This document shows positions 13,855-25,822 of a DNA stretch of 64,000 nucleotides, in pieces; the first letter of the stretch is position 1; each line of letters starts with the position of its first letter. Under the pieces are notes generated by a model. The model did not search any database. It was not told the origin of the DNA and worked only from the letters and a program-made list of their open reading frames with translations. The translations under genes were made by a program, and so were the position numbers. The DNA is from Octopus vulgaris (taxonomy: Eukaryota), in assembly GCA_951406725.2 (NCBI GenBank), contig OX597824.1, forward strand, positions 76,012,001-76,076,000, given 5' to 3'.

Positions 13855-14332
13855 CATGATGGGCTTAAGTCAGTTTCCGTCTGCCAAATCCCCTCACAAA
13901 GCTTTATTTGGCCTTGGGCTATAGTAGAAGACACTTGCCGAAGGTGCCACGCAGTGGGACTGAACTTGAATAGGTACAGGTATGGCTGTGTGGTAGGTAT
14001 TTTGATTGGCAACCACATCGTTCTTGGTTAAGTTCCACTGCATGGCATTGAGCGAGTTGTTTCTATTATAGCCCCAGGCCAACCAAATTTTTGTGAGTGG
14101 ATTTGGTAGACAAAAACTGAAAAAAGCTTGTCATACATATACATATATGTTTGTGTGTCTACAGCCACTATTTGTTTGCATTTTTATTACTTAGTGGTTC
14201 AGCAAAGAGAGACCAAGGTACCAAGCTTTAAAAAAAAATGAGTACTCAGGTTGATTTATTTGACTAAAACTGCTTAAGGCAGTGCGCCAGCATGGCAGTA
14301 GTTCAAAGATTGAAACAAGTAAAAGATAAAAG
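13855..14332. mobile_element. Two SINE A copies head to head (13855-13965 minus, 13972-14332 plus)
   Basis: CAGTTTCCGTCTGCCAAATCC...GGGACTGAAC followed by GGTACAGGTATGGCTGTGTGG...GGATTTGGTAGAC. Confidence 0.8.
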
Positions 14333-14342
14333 ATGATGTTAT

Positions 14343-15711
14343 TTAACATTTTTTAAACGGTTGATATAAATTTACGTCCACAGCGTACATGCTTTAAATT
14401 GACCGACGTAATTATACGCTGCCTGACTTAGAACCTGTTACCTGAGTTAGTACCGGTCTACCTGCCAACTGATAGGCCAATTAGATGTTTCATGTAAATA
14501 TTTACAACCTGATAAGGCTGATCCTGCTACTCTGGCTCTGTCAACTTCATCATCGCGTTCTGTTTCGTCGAATTTACAGTCGTCACGCCAAGTTTCACCA
14601 AGTTCCACCACCTCACCAGTTGTTTGAATCAGATGATTCCGTTAGTGATGATGATATTCAGGTGAATCAAAGGTACAGGTGGGCAGCAGTGAATGGCTCT
14701 GGACAACAGAATGTCGTGTGGCGAGCGAGAGACAATTTCATCTGACAGCGTGGGTTTACTGTTTACACCTGGAATAAAAGCAAACCTTGAACATGGAAGT
14801 TCACCATTGAAAATCTTCCAAAAGTTTTTGATGGATGAATTGTTCCAATATATAGAGGACGAAATGAATGACCATGCTGAAAACCATCCCCAGCATACCA
14901 CACCTGGGCATGGCAGTGATTGGTTTCCAACTACAGGGGACAAAATCAAAGTTTTGCTTACCCTGCTGGTACTTATGGGCATTGTGAAGAAACCAACCCT
15001 GGCATCCTATTGGAATTAGGATCCAGCTATGTTGACACCTTTCTTTCGAGAAATGATGCCATGTGATTGATTTTCGGTGCTTCTTTGACAAATGCTTCAA
15101 AGAGATGCCCAGTATGTAAAGCAAAAGGGAAACTTAAGGAAACTAGATACCATTGTTACAATGTAATATGCCACTGTATGTGGTACCCTAGTGTGAACTC
15201 TACCGCACTAAAGTCAATTTTTGAATTCATGTAATTGTGAATACATGAAGTTGATCTGACTTCTGCTGTCGAGTGATCTTATTCAGGAATAATACTGCAT
15301 GAGCGCCCTGCACAGGGATATAGTTTAGCTAAATAAACAGTACTTGCACTAAAACAGTTAACGTAAATATACACCAAATGTTATCTCACACTGAGTGCTG
15401 CCTTCAATCGGTGTGATTACCGTTCCTGCGCGAAGGCAACCGAATGAATGACCGCTGTAAACTGGTTAAAGTGGTTGACGTAAATATACACTGAATGTTA
15501 CCTTGCATTGAGTGCTGACCTCAGTTGGCACGATTATCGTTCCTGCACGCAGGCAACTGAATGAATGACCGCTGTAAACTGTTTAAAAGTAGTTGATGTA
15601 AATATATGCTGAACAATTGTTGTGTGCTAATCGCTGATCTCAGCCGAGATGATTTACTGTCAATGCAACCTAGTTGCTTGATGAAAAGAATACTCGTTGT
15701 CATGGGGTTAA
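14343..15711 (+). mobile_element. Internally deleted piggyBac (PGBD4-like) transposon relic
   Basis: SPLKIFQKFLMDELFQYIEDEMNDHA...WFPTT..KIKVLLTLLVLMGIVKKPTLASYWN*DPAMLTPFFREMMPCD*F is the piggyBac transposase N-terminal region; from about 15088 KRCPVCKAKGKLKETRYHC/CNMPLYVVP*CELYRT is the C-terminal Cys-rich domain; right end GGGG-TTAA at 15704-15711; left end uncertain. Confidence 0.85.
15351..15615 (+). repeat. Subterminal tandem repeat of the piggyBac relic, about 118 bp x 2.2
   Basis: GTT.ACGTAAATATACAC...GTTCCTGC.CG.AGGCAAC.GAATGAATGACCGCTGTAAACT repeated. Confidence 0.88.
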
Positions 15712-15814
15712 AGAATTTTTTTTTTATCTCTGGCTAGAGGGAATTGATTGATTTTTGTTGGCGGGAAGGAACAGAACAGAGAAGAAATGCATATAGTATT
15801 ACAAGAGGGAGGGA

Positions 15815-15855
<41 letters not shown>

Positions 15856-16389
15856 CGCACTTTATTCTGAAATCTGTAAAACATTTATTGTTCAAGGCAT
15901 AAAACATCTTTGAGAATAACAGTGTTTTCTTGGCATTGTAATAAAAACGTACTTTGTGGTGCCTCCATTTTAGTTTTATGTCCCATCATAGCTTACAACA
16001 TAATAACTTCCACTCTACTGCTGCTGCTGCTACTACTACTACTACTGGTTTCTCCCTCCACATCCCTTTCCAATCCGCCTTATACACCCCTGTCTTGTAA
16101 AGTGATTTGTATTCCATGGCTATGATTTCACTGTCTGTTAATGGGATGATGGATTTGTTGTTGTTGCAAAGTCATCAATCATTTACACACACAATCAGTT
16201 CTGTCATATAACGGGCTTTTGCTTTTTTTTTTTTTAAATACGTTTTTGTTAGGTTTTCTTCACTTTGAGTGAACTGATCTTGGGATAGTGACTTGCTGTT
16301 TATGGCTGTCTGATTCATTTTTGTTTGCTTGTTTGTGTGTGTGTGTATGTAAATATTTCCTAAAGACTTCTTTTTATTTAGCTTGCCTA

Positions 16390-16425
<36 letters not shown>

Positions 16426-16756
16426 GGCAGTGAGGTGGCAGACTCGTTAGAGGATGTTGGAGTTGCTTTGGTGGAAGTTTATGCTCTCTAAGTGCTCTAT
16501 TATTATTATTATTATTATCATTATTATTATTAAGGCAAGGAGCTTGCAGAATCATTAGCACACGGGGCAAAATGCTTAGTGGCATTTCATTTGTCTCTAT
16601 GTTCTGTGTTCAAATTCTGCTGAGGTTGACTTTGCCTTTCATCCTTTTGGGGTCAATAAATTAAGCACTAGTGAAACACTAGTCCTCCTTCCCCACAAAA
16701 ATTTCAGGTCTTGTACCTTTAGGAGAAAGGATTATTATTATTTTTATTATTAGCAC

Positions 16757-16951
16757 AGGCCGGTGGCACGTAAAAAGCACCCACTACACTCACGGAGTGG
16801 TTGGCGTTAGGAAGGGCATCCAGCTGTAGAAACACTGCCAGATCAGACTGGAGCCTGGTGCAGCCTCCTGACTTCCCAGAACCCGGTCGAACTGTCCAAC
16901 CCATGCTAGTATGGAAAATGGACGTAAAACGACGATGATGATGATGATGAT
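16757..16951 (+). mobile_element. Family C 3' end with (GAT)n tail
   Basis: GGTGGCACGTAAAAAGCACCCACTACAC...GGCGTTAGGAAGGGCATCCAGC...GACGTAAAACGACGATGATG. Confidence 0.82.
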
Positions 16952-17591
16952 GTGGCTGTGTGGTAAATACACGTAGCCTCAGGTTTGGTCCCACTGCATG
17001 ACACCTTGGGCCAGTGTCTTCTACAGTAGCGCTAGGCCAACTGGAGCCTTGTGAGCGGCTATGGTGCATAGAGGCTGGGGAGTAGGGTGACTACCGTGTG
17101 TGTGTGTGTGTGTATCTGTGTACCCATGTCCTGTCATCAGATGATGGTTGTAAATGAGCATCACTGTCATACAAGCCAGGTTGTTTTTAATGTCAGGTCA
17201 CCATGGGGGGGGGGGGGTGATATTGTCTTACTTGGAAACAGGTAATGGCTGGTGACAAGAAGGGCATCAGGCTGTACAAATTCCATCTGATCCATGCAGG
17301 CATGGAAAAGTGGATGTTAAATGATGATGTCATAGAAGATAGAAAACATTCTGTATCCATGCGCATACAACAAACACACACACACACACCCATTCTCTCT
17401 TGTTCTGTTCAATGTTTTCCGCCCCCCATTTTTTTTTCTTCTTTATAAATTTTCCACACTGCTGCTTTATTGGTCAAACTGCTTCAGTGCTTTCGTTGAG
17501 CGTATTGATTTTTGTTTAAACGATTGATTCATTGATTAACTTAATTAGATTGTCTAGCTTCTAATTGATAATTTTTATGCGTTTCTTCCAG

Positions 17592-17744
17592 GTTCCTAAC
17601 TACTATAGAATTATCACGAATCCAATGGATTTCACGACGATAAAATACAAACTTTCTCGGCAACACTTCAACCATTACAAAGATGTCGAACGCTTCATCG
17701 CGGATATCAAATTAGTTTTCAAGAATTGCTCACTGTATAATTCC
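17592..17744 (+). CDS. TRIM33: TIF1-family gene exon D: bromodomain core
   Basis: TTCTTCCAG acceptor; VPNYYRIITNPMDFTTIKYKL...HY...FIADIKLVFKNCSLYNS is a canonical bromodomain signature; donor TCC|GTAAGT; 153 nt, phase 0-0. Confidence 0.96.
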
Positions 17745-17917
17745 GTAAGTGTCCTCATAGCACCGCCTATGTTTTCTTCTATTTCTACTCATGATTCACA
17801 AAATGTGCTGTCTGATTATGTTAATGTATAAGGAAGTTGCTGTGTGTGTGTGTGTATGTGTGTGTGCTTCAAGCAAGTTGGAGTACTTTTCCCCAAGAAA
17901 TTCAGTGTCTGTACATA

Positions 17918-18313
17918 GGTGTAGGAGTGGCTGAGTGGTAAGTAGCTTGCTTATGAACCACATGGTTCCGGGTTCAGTCCCACTGTGTGGCACCTTATGC
18001 AAGTGTCTATTACTATAGCCTCGAGCCGACCAAAGCCTTGTGAGTTGATTTGGTAGACGGAAACTGAAAGAAGCCCGTCGTATATATATATATGTGTGTG
18101 TGTGTGTATGTTTGTGTGCCTGTGTTTGTCCCCCAACATCGCTTGGCAACCGATGCTGGTGTGTTTACATCCCCGCAACTTAGCGGTTCGGCAAAAAGAA
18201 ATTAATAGAATAAGTACTAGGCTTAGAAAGAATAAGTCCTGGGGTCAATTTGCTCGACTAAAGGCGGTGCTCCAGCATGGCCACTGTCAAATTACTGAAA
18301 CAAGTAAAAAGAG
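17918..18313 (+). mobile_element. SINE family A, full length
   Basis: Matches 7497-7911 throughout. Confidence 0.92.
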
Positions 18314-18390
18314 TTATAAAAAAAGAGACCTCTTTTGTGACAATATGTCAGAGGCAAAGTGGGTGATCTTGGTGGCACGTGAAAAGCTCC

Positions 18391-18695
18391 TTACAAGTGT
18401 TGGGCCTCGTGGAGGCAATAACGAATGACCGAGACCTTTGGCATTATGTTGTGCTTGAAAAGAAGACCCATCAAGCCAAGTAAAATTGCAGTTGTGGAAG
18501 ATACTGGTGCCACATAAACGGCACCCGTGCTGGTGGCATGTAAAAGAACCCATTACACTCTTGGAGTGGTTGGCGTTAAGAAGGGCATCCAGCCGTAGAA
18601 GACCATGCCAAATCAGACTGGAGCTTGGTGCAGCCTTCCAGTGGGCCAGCCCAGTCAAACTGTCCAGCCCATGCCAGCATGGAGAATGGGCATTA
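18391..18695 (+). mobile_element. RTE-like LINE 3' fragment: last ORF codons plus family C tail
   Basis: 18391-18483 reads LQVLGLVEAITNDRDLWHYVVLEKKTHQAK*, with the DRxxW motif typical of RTE C-termini, directly followed by family C sequence. Confidence 0.65.
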
Positions 18696-18818
18696 AATCA
18701 GTTTCAATCTACCAAATCTTCTCAAAGGGCATTAGTTGGTCTGGGGCTGTTGTAGAAGACACTTGCATATGATGTCACACGGTGGGACTGAACCCGTGTC
18801 TTCCAAGTGAGGAAGCAG

Positions 18819-19200
18819 GTCAGTGACTGCGGCCATGCTGGAGCACCGCCTTTTGTCGAGCAAATCGACCCCAGGGCTTATTCTTTGTAAGCCTAGTACT
18901 TATTCTATCGGTCTCTTTTGCCGAATTGCTAAGTTACTGGGATGTAAACACACCAGCATTGGTTGTCAAGCGATGTTGGGGGGACAAACACAGACACACA
19001 AACACACACACACACACACACATATATGCACACACACACATAGATACATATATACGACAGGCTTCTTTCAGTTTCTCTCTACCAAATCCACTCACGAGGC
19101 TATAGTAGAAGCCACTTGCCCAAGGTGCCATGAAGTGGGACTGAACCTGGAACCATGTGGTTCATAAGCAAGCTACTTATCACACAGCCACTCCTGCGCC
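18819..19200 (-). mobile_element. SINE family A, near full length
   Basis: Reverse complement of 17918-18313. Confidence 0.9.
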
Positions 19201-19547
19201 TACAATTGTTTATTTTTATTTTTCAAATTATTCTTTTGAAAGATGTGTGGGGAGAGAAATTTGAATGTAAGTCTATTTTATTCAGCCCTTAAGCATTCAG
19301 ATTCATTGATCAAAAGTAATGCTTATTAATCCACATTTTTTAAAATTAATCATATATTATGCTGTAGCTTCAAGATTTTGAAGATGTGAATGTTTATTAT
19401 TATTAGAATGACATTGTAGAGTAGGTGTGAGAGGCTGGATCTGGCCAGTTTCAACGTAAAACAGACAGAATATTTGGGATGGACATGGTTGGTTTATATG
19501 CCAAAGGGTTAAAAAACATACACTTGAATTTTGTTTCAAGATTTTCC

Positions 19548-19550
<3 letters not shown>

Positions 19551-19578
<28 letters not shown>

Positions 19579-20120
19579 TTAACATCCGCTTTCCATCCTA
19601 GCATGGGTTAGATGATTTGACTGAAGTCTGGCAAACCAGATGGCTACACCAGGCTCCAGTCTGATCTGGCGGAGTTTCTACAACTGGATGCCCTTCCTAA
19701 CGCCAACCACTCCGAGAGTGTAGTGGGTGCTTTTACGTGCCACTGGCATGAGGGCCAGTCTGGCAGTACTGGCAACGACCATGCTCAAATGATGTTTTTC
19801 ACGTGCCACCTGCACAGGAGTTAGTCCAACGGCACTGGCAATGCCTCGCTCGAATGTTTTGTTCACGTGCCAGTAAGGCGACGCTGGTAATGATCACGCT
19901 CAAATGGTGCTTTTTATGTGCTACCAGCACGGAAGCCAGACAGCTGCTCTGGCAGTGATCCCACTTGGATGGAGCTGTTAGCGCTCCACTGGCACGGGTG
20001 CCAATCATCGAATTTGGTTCAATTTCGATTTCACTTGCCCCAATAGGTCTTCGCAAGCAGAGTTTAGTGTCCAATGAAGGGAGGTTGGCATGGGTGCCAG
20101 TTGTCGAATTTGCTTCGATT
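19551..20120 (-). mobile_element. Family C element with amplified internal modules
   Basis: (CAT)n tail then TTTAACATCCGCTTTCCAT...GGATGCCCTTCCTAACGCC; reverse complement of the 8693-9309 type. Confidence 0.8.
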
Positions 20121-20198
20121 TCCAAAAATTCATTTTATTGTATCAAAAAAAAAAATAATAATAATAATAAATTTCATTTGTTCTTACTTTTCTTTCAG

Positions 20199-20393
20199 GA
20201 TTCTTCAGAAGTTGGCAAAGCTGGTAAAACAATGGAAGCTTTCTTTCAAGAACTGGTGAAAAAGTACCTTCCGTGTTACACATCGCTGCTCTATCGGGAG
20301 CTGAAAATCTATGAGGACAATTCCCCTGATTCAAATGTGAAACGAATTCGAACGGACGAGATGCCATCGTCTTCCTCTCCTTGTCTCTTGTAA
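20199..20393 (+). CDS. TRIM33: TIF1-family gene last coding exon: bromodomain helix C, C-terminal tail, TAA stop
   Basis: TTTTCTTTCAG acceptor; DSSEVGKAGKTMEAFFQELVKKYLP resembles DSEVAxAGxxxxxYFExxLxxxYP; basic KRIR patch; stop at 20391-20393. Confidence 0.93.
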   Translation, partial: DSSEVGKAGKTMEAFFQELVKKYLPCYTSLLYRELKIYEDNSPDSNVKRIRTDEMPSSSSPCLL

Positions 20394-20724
20394 CAAACAA
20401 ATAACAACACAAAACAAAACAAAATTTATCAAAAAAAAAAATACAACAAAAAAGACAAAACCAAACATGGGGGGGCATGTGTGGTGGAGGAAAGAAAAAA
20501 TAAGAGAGAATGAGAGATAGAGAGAGAGTGAGAGAGAGAGGGAGAAAGACTAATCTGCCATTAAAATCCACAACACCAACAACAACAACTATCACTCCTA
20601 ACACAAACAATAACAACAAAATGAGAAAATAAACAAGAAAAAATTGATAATTTTGGATTCGTCTGGAAGGCTGGGTTTTTGTTTGTTTCTTTGTTTTTCT
20701 GTTTTTTTTTTATAATTCTGTATC

Positions 20725-20742
20725 TGTATATATATTTGTGAA

Positions 20743-20821
<79 letters not shown>

Positions 20822-20922
20822 ATATATATATATGTATATATATATGTGTATATATATATATGTGTATATATATGTATATATATATATATGTATATATATG
20901 TGTATATATGTGTGTATATATA

Positions 20923-21005
<83 letters not shown>

Positions 21006-21010
21006 GTTTG

Positions 21011-21041
<31 letters not shown>

Positions 21042-21046
21042 GTGTG

Positions 21047-21136
<90 letters not shown>

Positions 21137-21303
21137 GGTATGTGTACGATTGTATTTATGCATATGTATATATGTGCGTGTGTATGTACGTTAGTGTAGA
21201 TGCATGTGTCTATATATGCATGCACATTTGTGTGTGTATATATATAATGTATATGTATGTATGTATGTATGTATGTATATATATATATGTATGTATATAT
21301 ATA

Positions 21304-21345
<42 letters not shown>
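20725..21345. repeat. (TA)n/(TG)n compound microsatellite with poly-T island, just downstream of the stop codon
   Basis: Directly visible. Confidence 0.97.
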
Positions 21346-22260
21346 TACACATGCACATTTATATACAAGGAAAAAATGGTCTGGCCTTGTGTGTGCATGA
21401 AAAAATGAACTTTAAAATGATGAGGATGATGATGATGATGATGTGTGTGTAATATATATATATAATTTTTTTTTACGTGCATGTGTGTATGTATTCTTTA
21501 TATATGGTACATGTGTGTATTTATGTCTTATAAACACACACACTCACACACACACACACAAACACACAAATGCCAGCCTTGGCTGCTCACTTTATCACCA
21601 CTGTCACTGCTGCCATCACCACTGCCACTACTACCACTACTACTACTACTACTAGTACTACTGAACTTTTAATCTCTTTCTCTTCCTCACTATCTTTCCC
21701 TTTTTCTCCCTCTCTCTCTCTCTCTCCCTCTCTTTCTCTCTCTCTCTCATTCACTTCCTCTGTTTGTCCAACTCTTAAAAATGGGTGGATTCGTAGAATC
21801 CTTGAAGCATCAGACAAAAAGAAAAAAAAAGTGAAGAAAAAAAATAAAGAAAAGAAATTGCCTTGCAGTGTGTAGTTATGCCACCACCCCTCATGATCCG
21901 AGTTCAAATCCTGCCAAGGTCAACTTTATCTTCCATCCTTCCAATGTCCAAATAATAAAGTACCATGTACCAATAGGGTACTGTGTAGGGTGGGTGGGTG
22001 TGGTCGATAAGATTTGACCAATTCATTTTCTATCCCAAATTTGGGCCTTGTTCTTCTTATGTTAGATCTCAGTATTTTACTTAAGAAACGGATTCCCTTC
22101 TCCCCCTTCTGCACTCTTATTTTCTTATTTATTGTAATATTGTTTGCATTTTCCATGTGTCACACATTTATTTTTTTGGTTTTAATCTTTCATTTAGCGC
22201 CCCTTCCACTTTTTTTCTGCCTAGGCCCCTAAGATGTGTTATATTTATGTGTGTCTATAC

Positions 22261-22480
22261 GGCAGACACGTTAGCGCGCCGGACGGAATGCTTAGCGGCA
22301 TTTCGTCTGTCGTTACGTTCTGAGTTCAAATTCCGCCAAGGTCGACTTTGCCTTTCATCCTTTCGGGGTCGATAAATAAAAGTACCAGTTTCGCACTGGG
22401 GTCGATGTAATCGACTTAATCCCTTTGTCTGTCCTTGTTTGTCCCTTCTAAGTTTAGCCCCTTGTGGGCAATAAAGAAAT
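22261..22480 (+). mobile_element. SINE family B (tRNA-like head, Nin/Deu-like central domain), young copy
   Basis: GGCAGA.ACGTTAGC...GAGTTCAAATTCC (B box), GCCTTTCATCCTTTCGGGGTCGATAAAT..GTACCAG central block, tail GCCCCTTGTGGG.AATAAAGAAATA. Confidence 0.88.
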
Positions 22481-22778
22481 ATATATATATATATATATAT
22501 GCGTGTGTGTGTATGTATATGTGTGTGTGTGTGTGTATTAAGGTGGCAAGTTGGCAGAATCATTAGCATGCTGGGAAAAACGTTTAGCAACATTGTTTCT
22601 GTCTCTTTACATTGAGTTCAAATCCCACTGGGGTCGACATTGCCTTTCATCCTTTCTGGGTTGATAAAATAAAGAGCCAGTTTAGCACTGTGAGTCAATG
22701 TAATTGACTACTCCACTCTCCTCAAAATGGCGGCTTAGTGCCAAAAATTAGGGATCATGTCCTGTTGTTTTTGTTTTG

Positions 22779-22815
<37 letters not shown>

Positions 22816-22901
22816 ATATATATGTATATATGCATATATATATATGCATATATATATATATAAGCATATATATATATATATGCATATATATGTATATATG
22901 C

Positions 22902-22976
<75 letters not shown>

Positions 22977-23001
22977 GCATATGCATATATATATATATAT
23001 A

Positions 23002-23052
<51 letters not shown>

Positions 23053-23338
23053 AATAAGGAGTAGGTTTGAGGCGAGTGAAGTAGCGAGAAGATAAAGGGG
23101 GAAAAAGTTTGATACAGATTCATTGTCATTTAGTTCTTTAGCATTTGAACTCGCTAGATCTGGTTTCTCACACCTATTCTAAAATGTCGTTGCCAAAAAG
23201 ATAAGCACAGTCGCATCATTTGAAATCTCAAAGCTACGAGATGAACCGGGGGTTAATTGAAGACAGTGCGAATAAATAAGCATTATTGTTTGACAGAGCA
23301 ATGTGGATGCCGAGGAGTTAAACAATTCCCTCGCCTCT

Positions 23339-23373
<35 letters not shown>

Positions 23374-24204
23374 GTCTTGACAGACGAACTTACACTAGAA
23401 GCAACTCTCCCTCTCTCCCTCCTTCCCTCCCTAACTTCATGTGACCATCCTGTTTATATTTATTTTCTTTTTGTGTACATACAAGAATATATGATGATGA
23501 TGAAAATGATGATGATGATGATGGTGATGGTGGGCAACATGCTGAACTGGAAAGCCTAAATCAAATAAAAATAAAAAAAGAAGATAAAATAAAAGAACCC
23601 ATTTATAAATCACAGGCATCCCCGTCTCTCCTCCTTGACTTTTTAATTTGTTTAAAAGTTCTCAAGACACCTTGACCCCTGTTCTCTGCCATCCTCCCCG
23701 TTTTCTGTGACCTCCTGTATTTTTTCCTGATTCATCTTGAATATAGATGAAGCTATTTTTCAAAAGACACAGCTAAAACTTGTTACAAGGGCAACAACAA
23801 CAACAACAACTATAATAAAACAACATCAGCTAAAACAGAACAATTCTGTTTTCGATATATATGTATATATATATATATATATGTGTATGTATGTATGTAT
23901 ATATGTATGTATGTATATATATATATGTATGTATATATGTGTATATATATGTGTGTATATATATATTTGTATATGTATATATGTGTGTTTGTGTGTGTGT
24001 ATATATATATGTATATAATTCTCATACAAGCGTGTTGCTGACAGTGACTTCAAAGTTTTGACCAGCCAAGTCACTGTTGGTCAGTTTGGCAATGTCTTCT
24101 TGTATGAGAAAAATTAACTTGTGCTCTACAAAATTGTAGAGTAAGTAACCCATTGTTTTTGTTATAACTGAACACAAAAGCAAACATACATATACATACA
24201 TACA

Positions 24205-24249
<45 letters not shown>

Positions 24250-24782
24250 AACTCTGGAGTCGATGTAATTGACTTACCACTCTACCTTCAAATTAATGGC
24301 TTCGTGTCAAAATTTGAAACTATATATATATATAGCGTTAAACACTTTCAGTATGCAAATTAGGCACTCCTTCATAGAGTAACTGCTGCATTTGTTGAAT
24401 ACATGAACAATTTGGCTGCTTGTTTCTCTAGAGACTGTCAGAATGATGTAGACACCCCTGATGAGAACCCAACAAGGTTCTAAAATCAATGAAGGTTGTT
24501 CATCATTTTGCTCAGTCTGCGGAGAAATGGCTAAAATTTGCTCTGTTTATAATTATACCATATGTTTTATATATATATGTATATTGATAAAAATGGTAAG
24601 ACAACAAAAGAATGAAAGAGACCTCGATATTATGTAAATAGAGGAATTTTATCTGTAAATGTAATATGTGACAATTATTCGGTAGCCATGATAAAACTCA
24701 TCATCCAAAACTCGGAGTTTAATCATGGCTACCGAATACACGCATATATGCATATCCACACACATTCTTACGTGAATAAATT

Positions 24783-24859
<77 letters not shown>

Positions 24860-24887
24860 TTGTATATATATATATATAATATATATG

Positions 24888-24918
<31 letters not shown>

Positions 24919-25097
24919 GTATATTAGCTGTTTATCATGAATTAGGGGGTTTTCTATAAAAAAAGGGAAATATCTTGGTTTAAATTATTATTTGAGGGAA
25001 GAAAATCCAAACTTACAAAGAAAAATTTAGAAATACTAAATCAAATTCCACACAATATAATATATATATATATATATAAAATAGAAAAAAACCACCT

Positions 25098-25156
<59 letters not shown>

Positions 25157-25238
25157 ATCCACACATACACACACTTCCGATTTTTTCACACGCACAACAC
25201 ACCTGTTCCTATCTTTCTTTCACACACACCTGTTCCTG

Positions 25239-25282
<44 letters not shown>

Positions 25283-25769
25283 GTCCTTTCCTTTCTAGTA
25301 TTCTTTACATCTCAAACACCTGGCATAAAGCCCCTTTATACTCCTGATCAGTCTAGAGAATTTTTAGTCTTGCAACTTATATGGTGACCCCCCACCAGTG
25401 GCACTGCTATGAAGAAAGCATTGAGTACCCTGTATGAAAATTGTTGGCATTCAGAAGGCGATCCAACCATAGAAACCTTGCCCATTGGAGCATGGCAGCT
25501 CCTCAGATCCTGTTAAACCATCTGACCCCTCCTTGCCAGATCAGAAGACAGGGAATAAATGATGACAACGTCTATGAAGATGTTTATTTGTATCAATTAT
25601 AGTTAACCTCAAAGCTAGAGGCTGGCTGTTTCAGTTGTCACTCTGAGCCACTTCACTTCCACCCACTAAGGAACACTTCCCAGTAAACAGCTATGAATGT
25701 CACTGCACACCAGTTGGCCCTTCCCATAAAGCCTTGTCTCTAGTCAAACTTCACCATAACTATTTATCA

Positions 25770-25822
<53 letters not shown>

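Noticed and set aside
14693-15019. Possible domesticated PGBD gene
   Set aside because: In-frame stops, a frameshift and loss of the catalytic core.
20200-20210. Second AG (TTCTTCAG) 10 nt into the last exon as an alternative acceptor
   Set aside because: Out of frame and would destroy bromodomain helix C; no supporting evidence.
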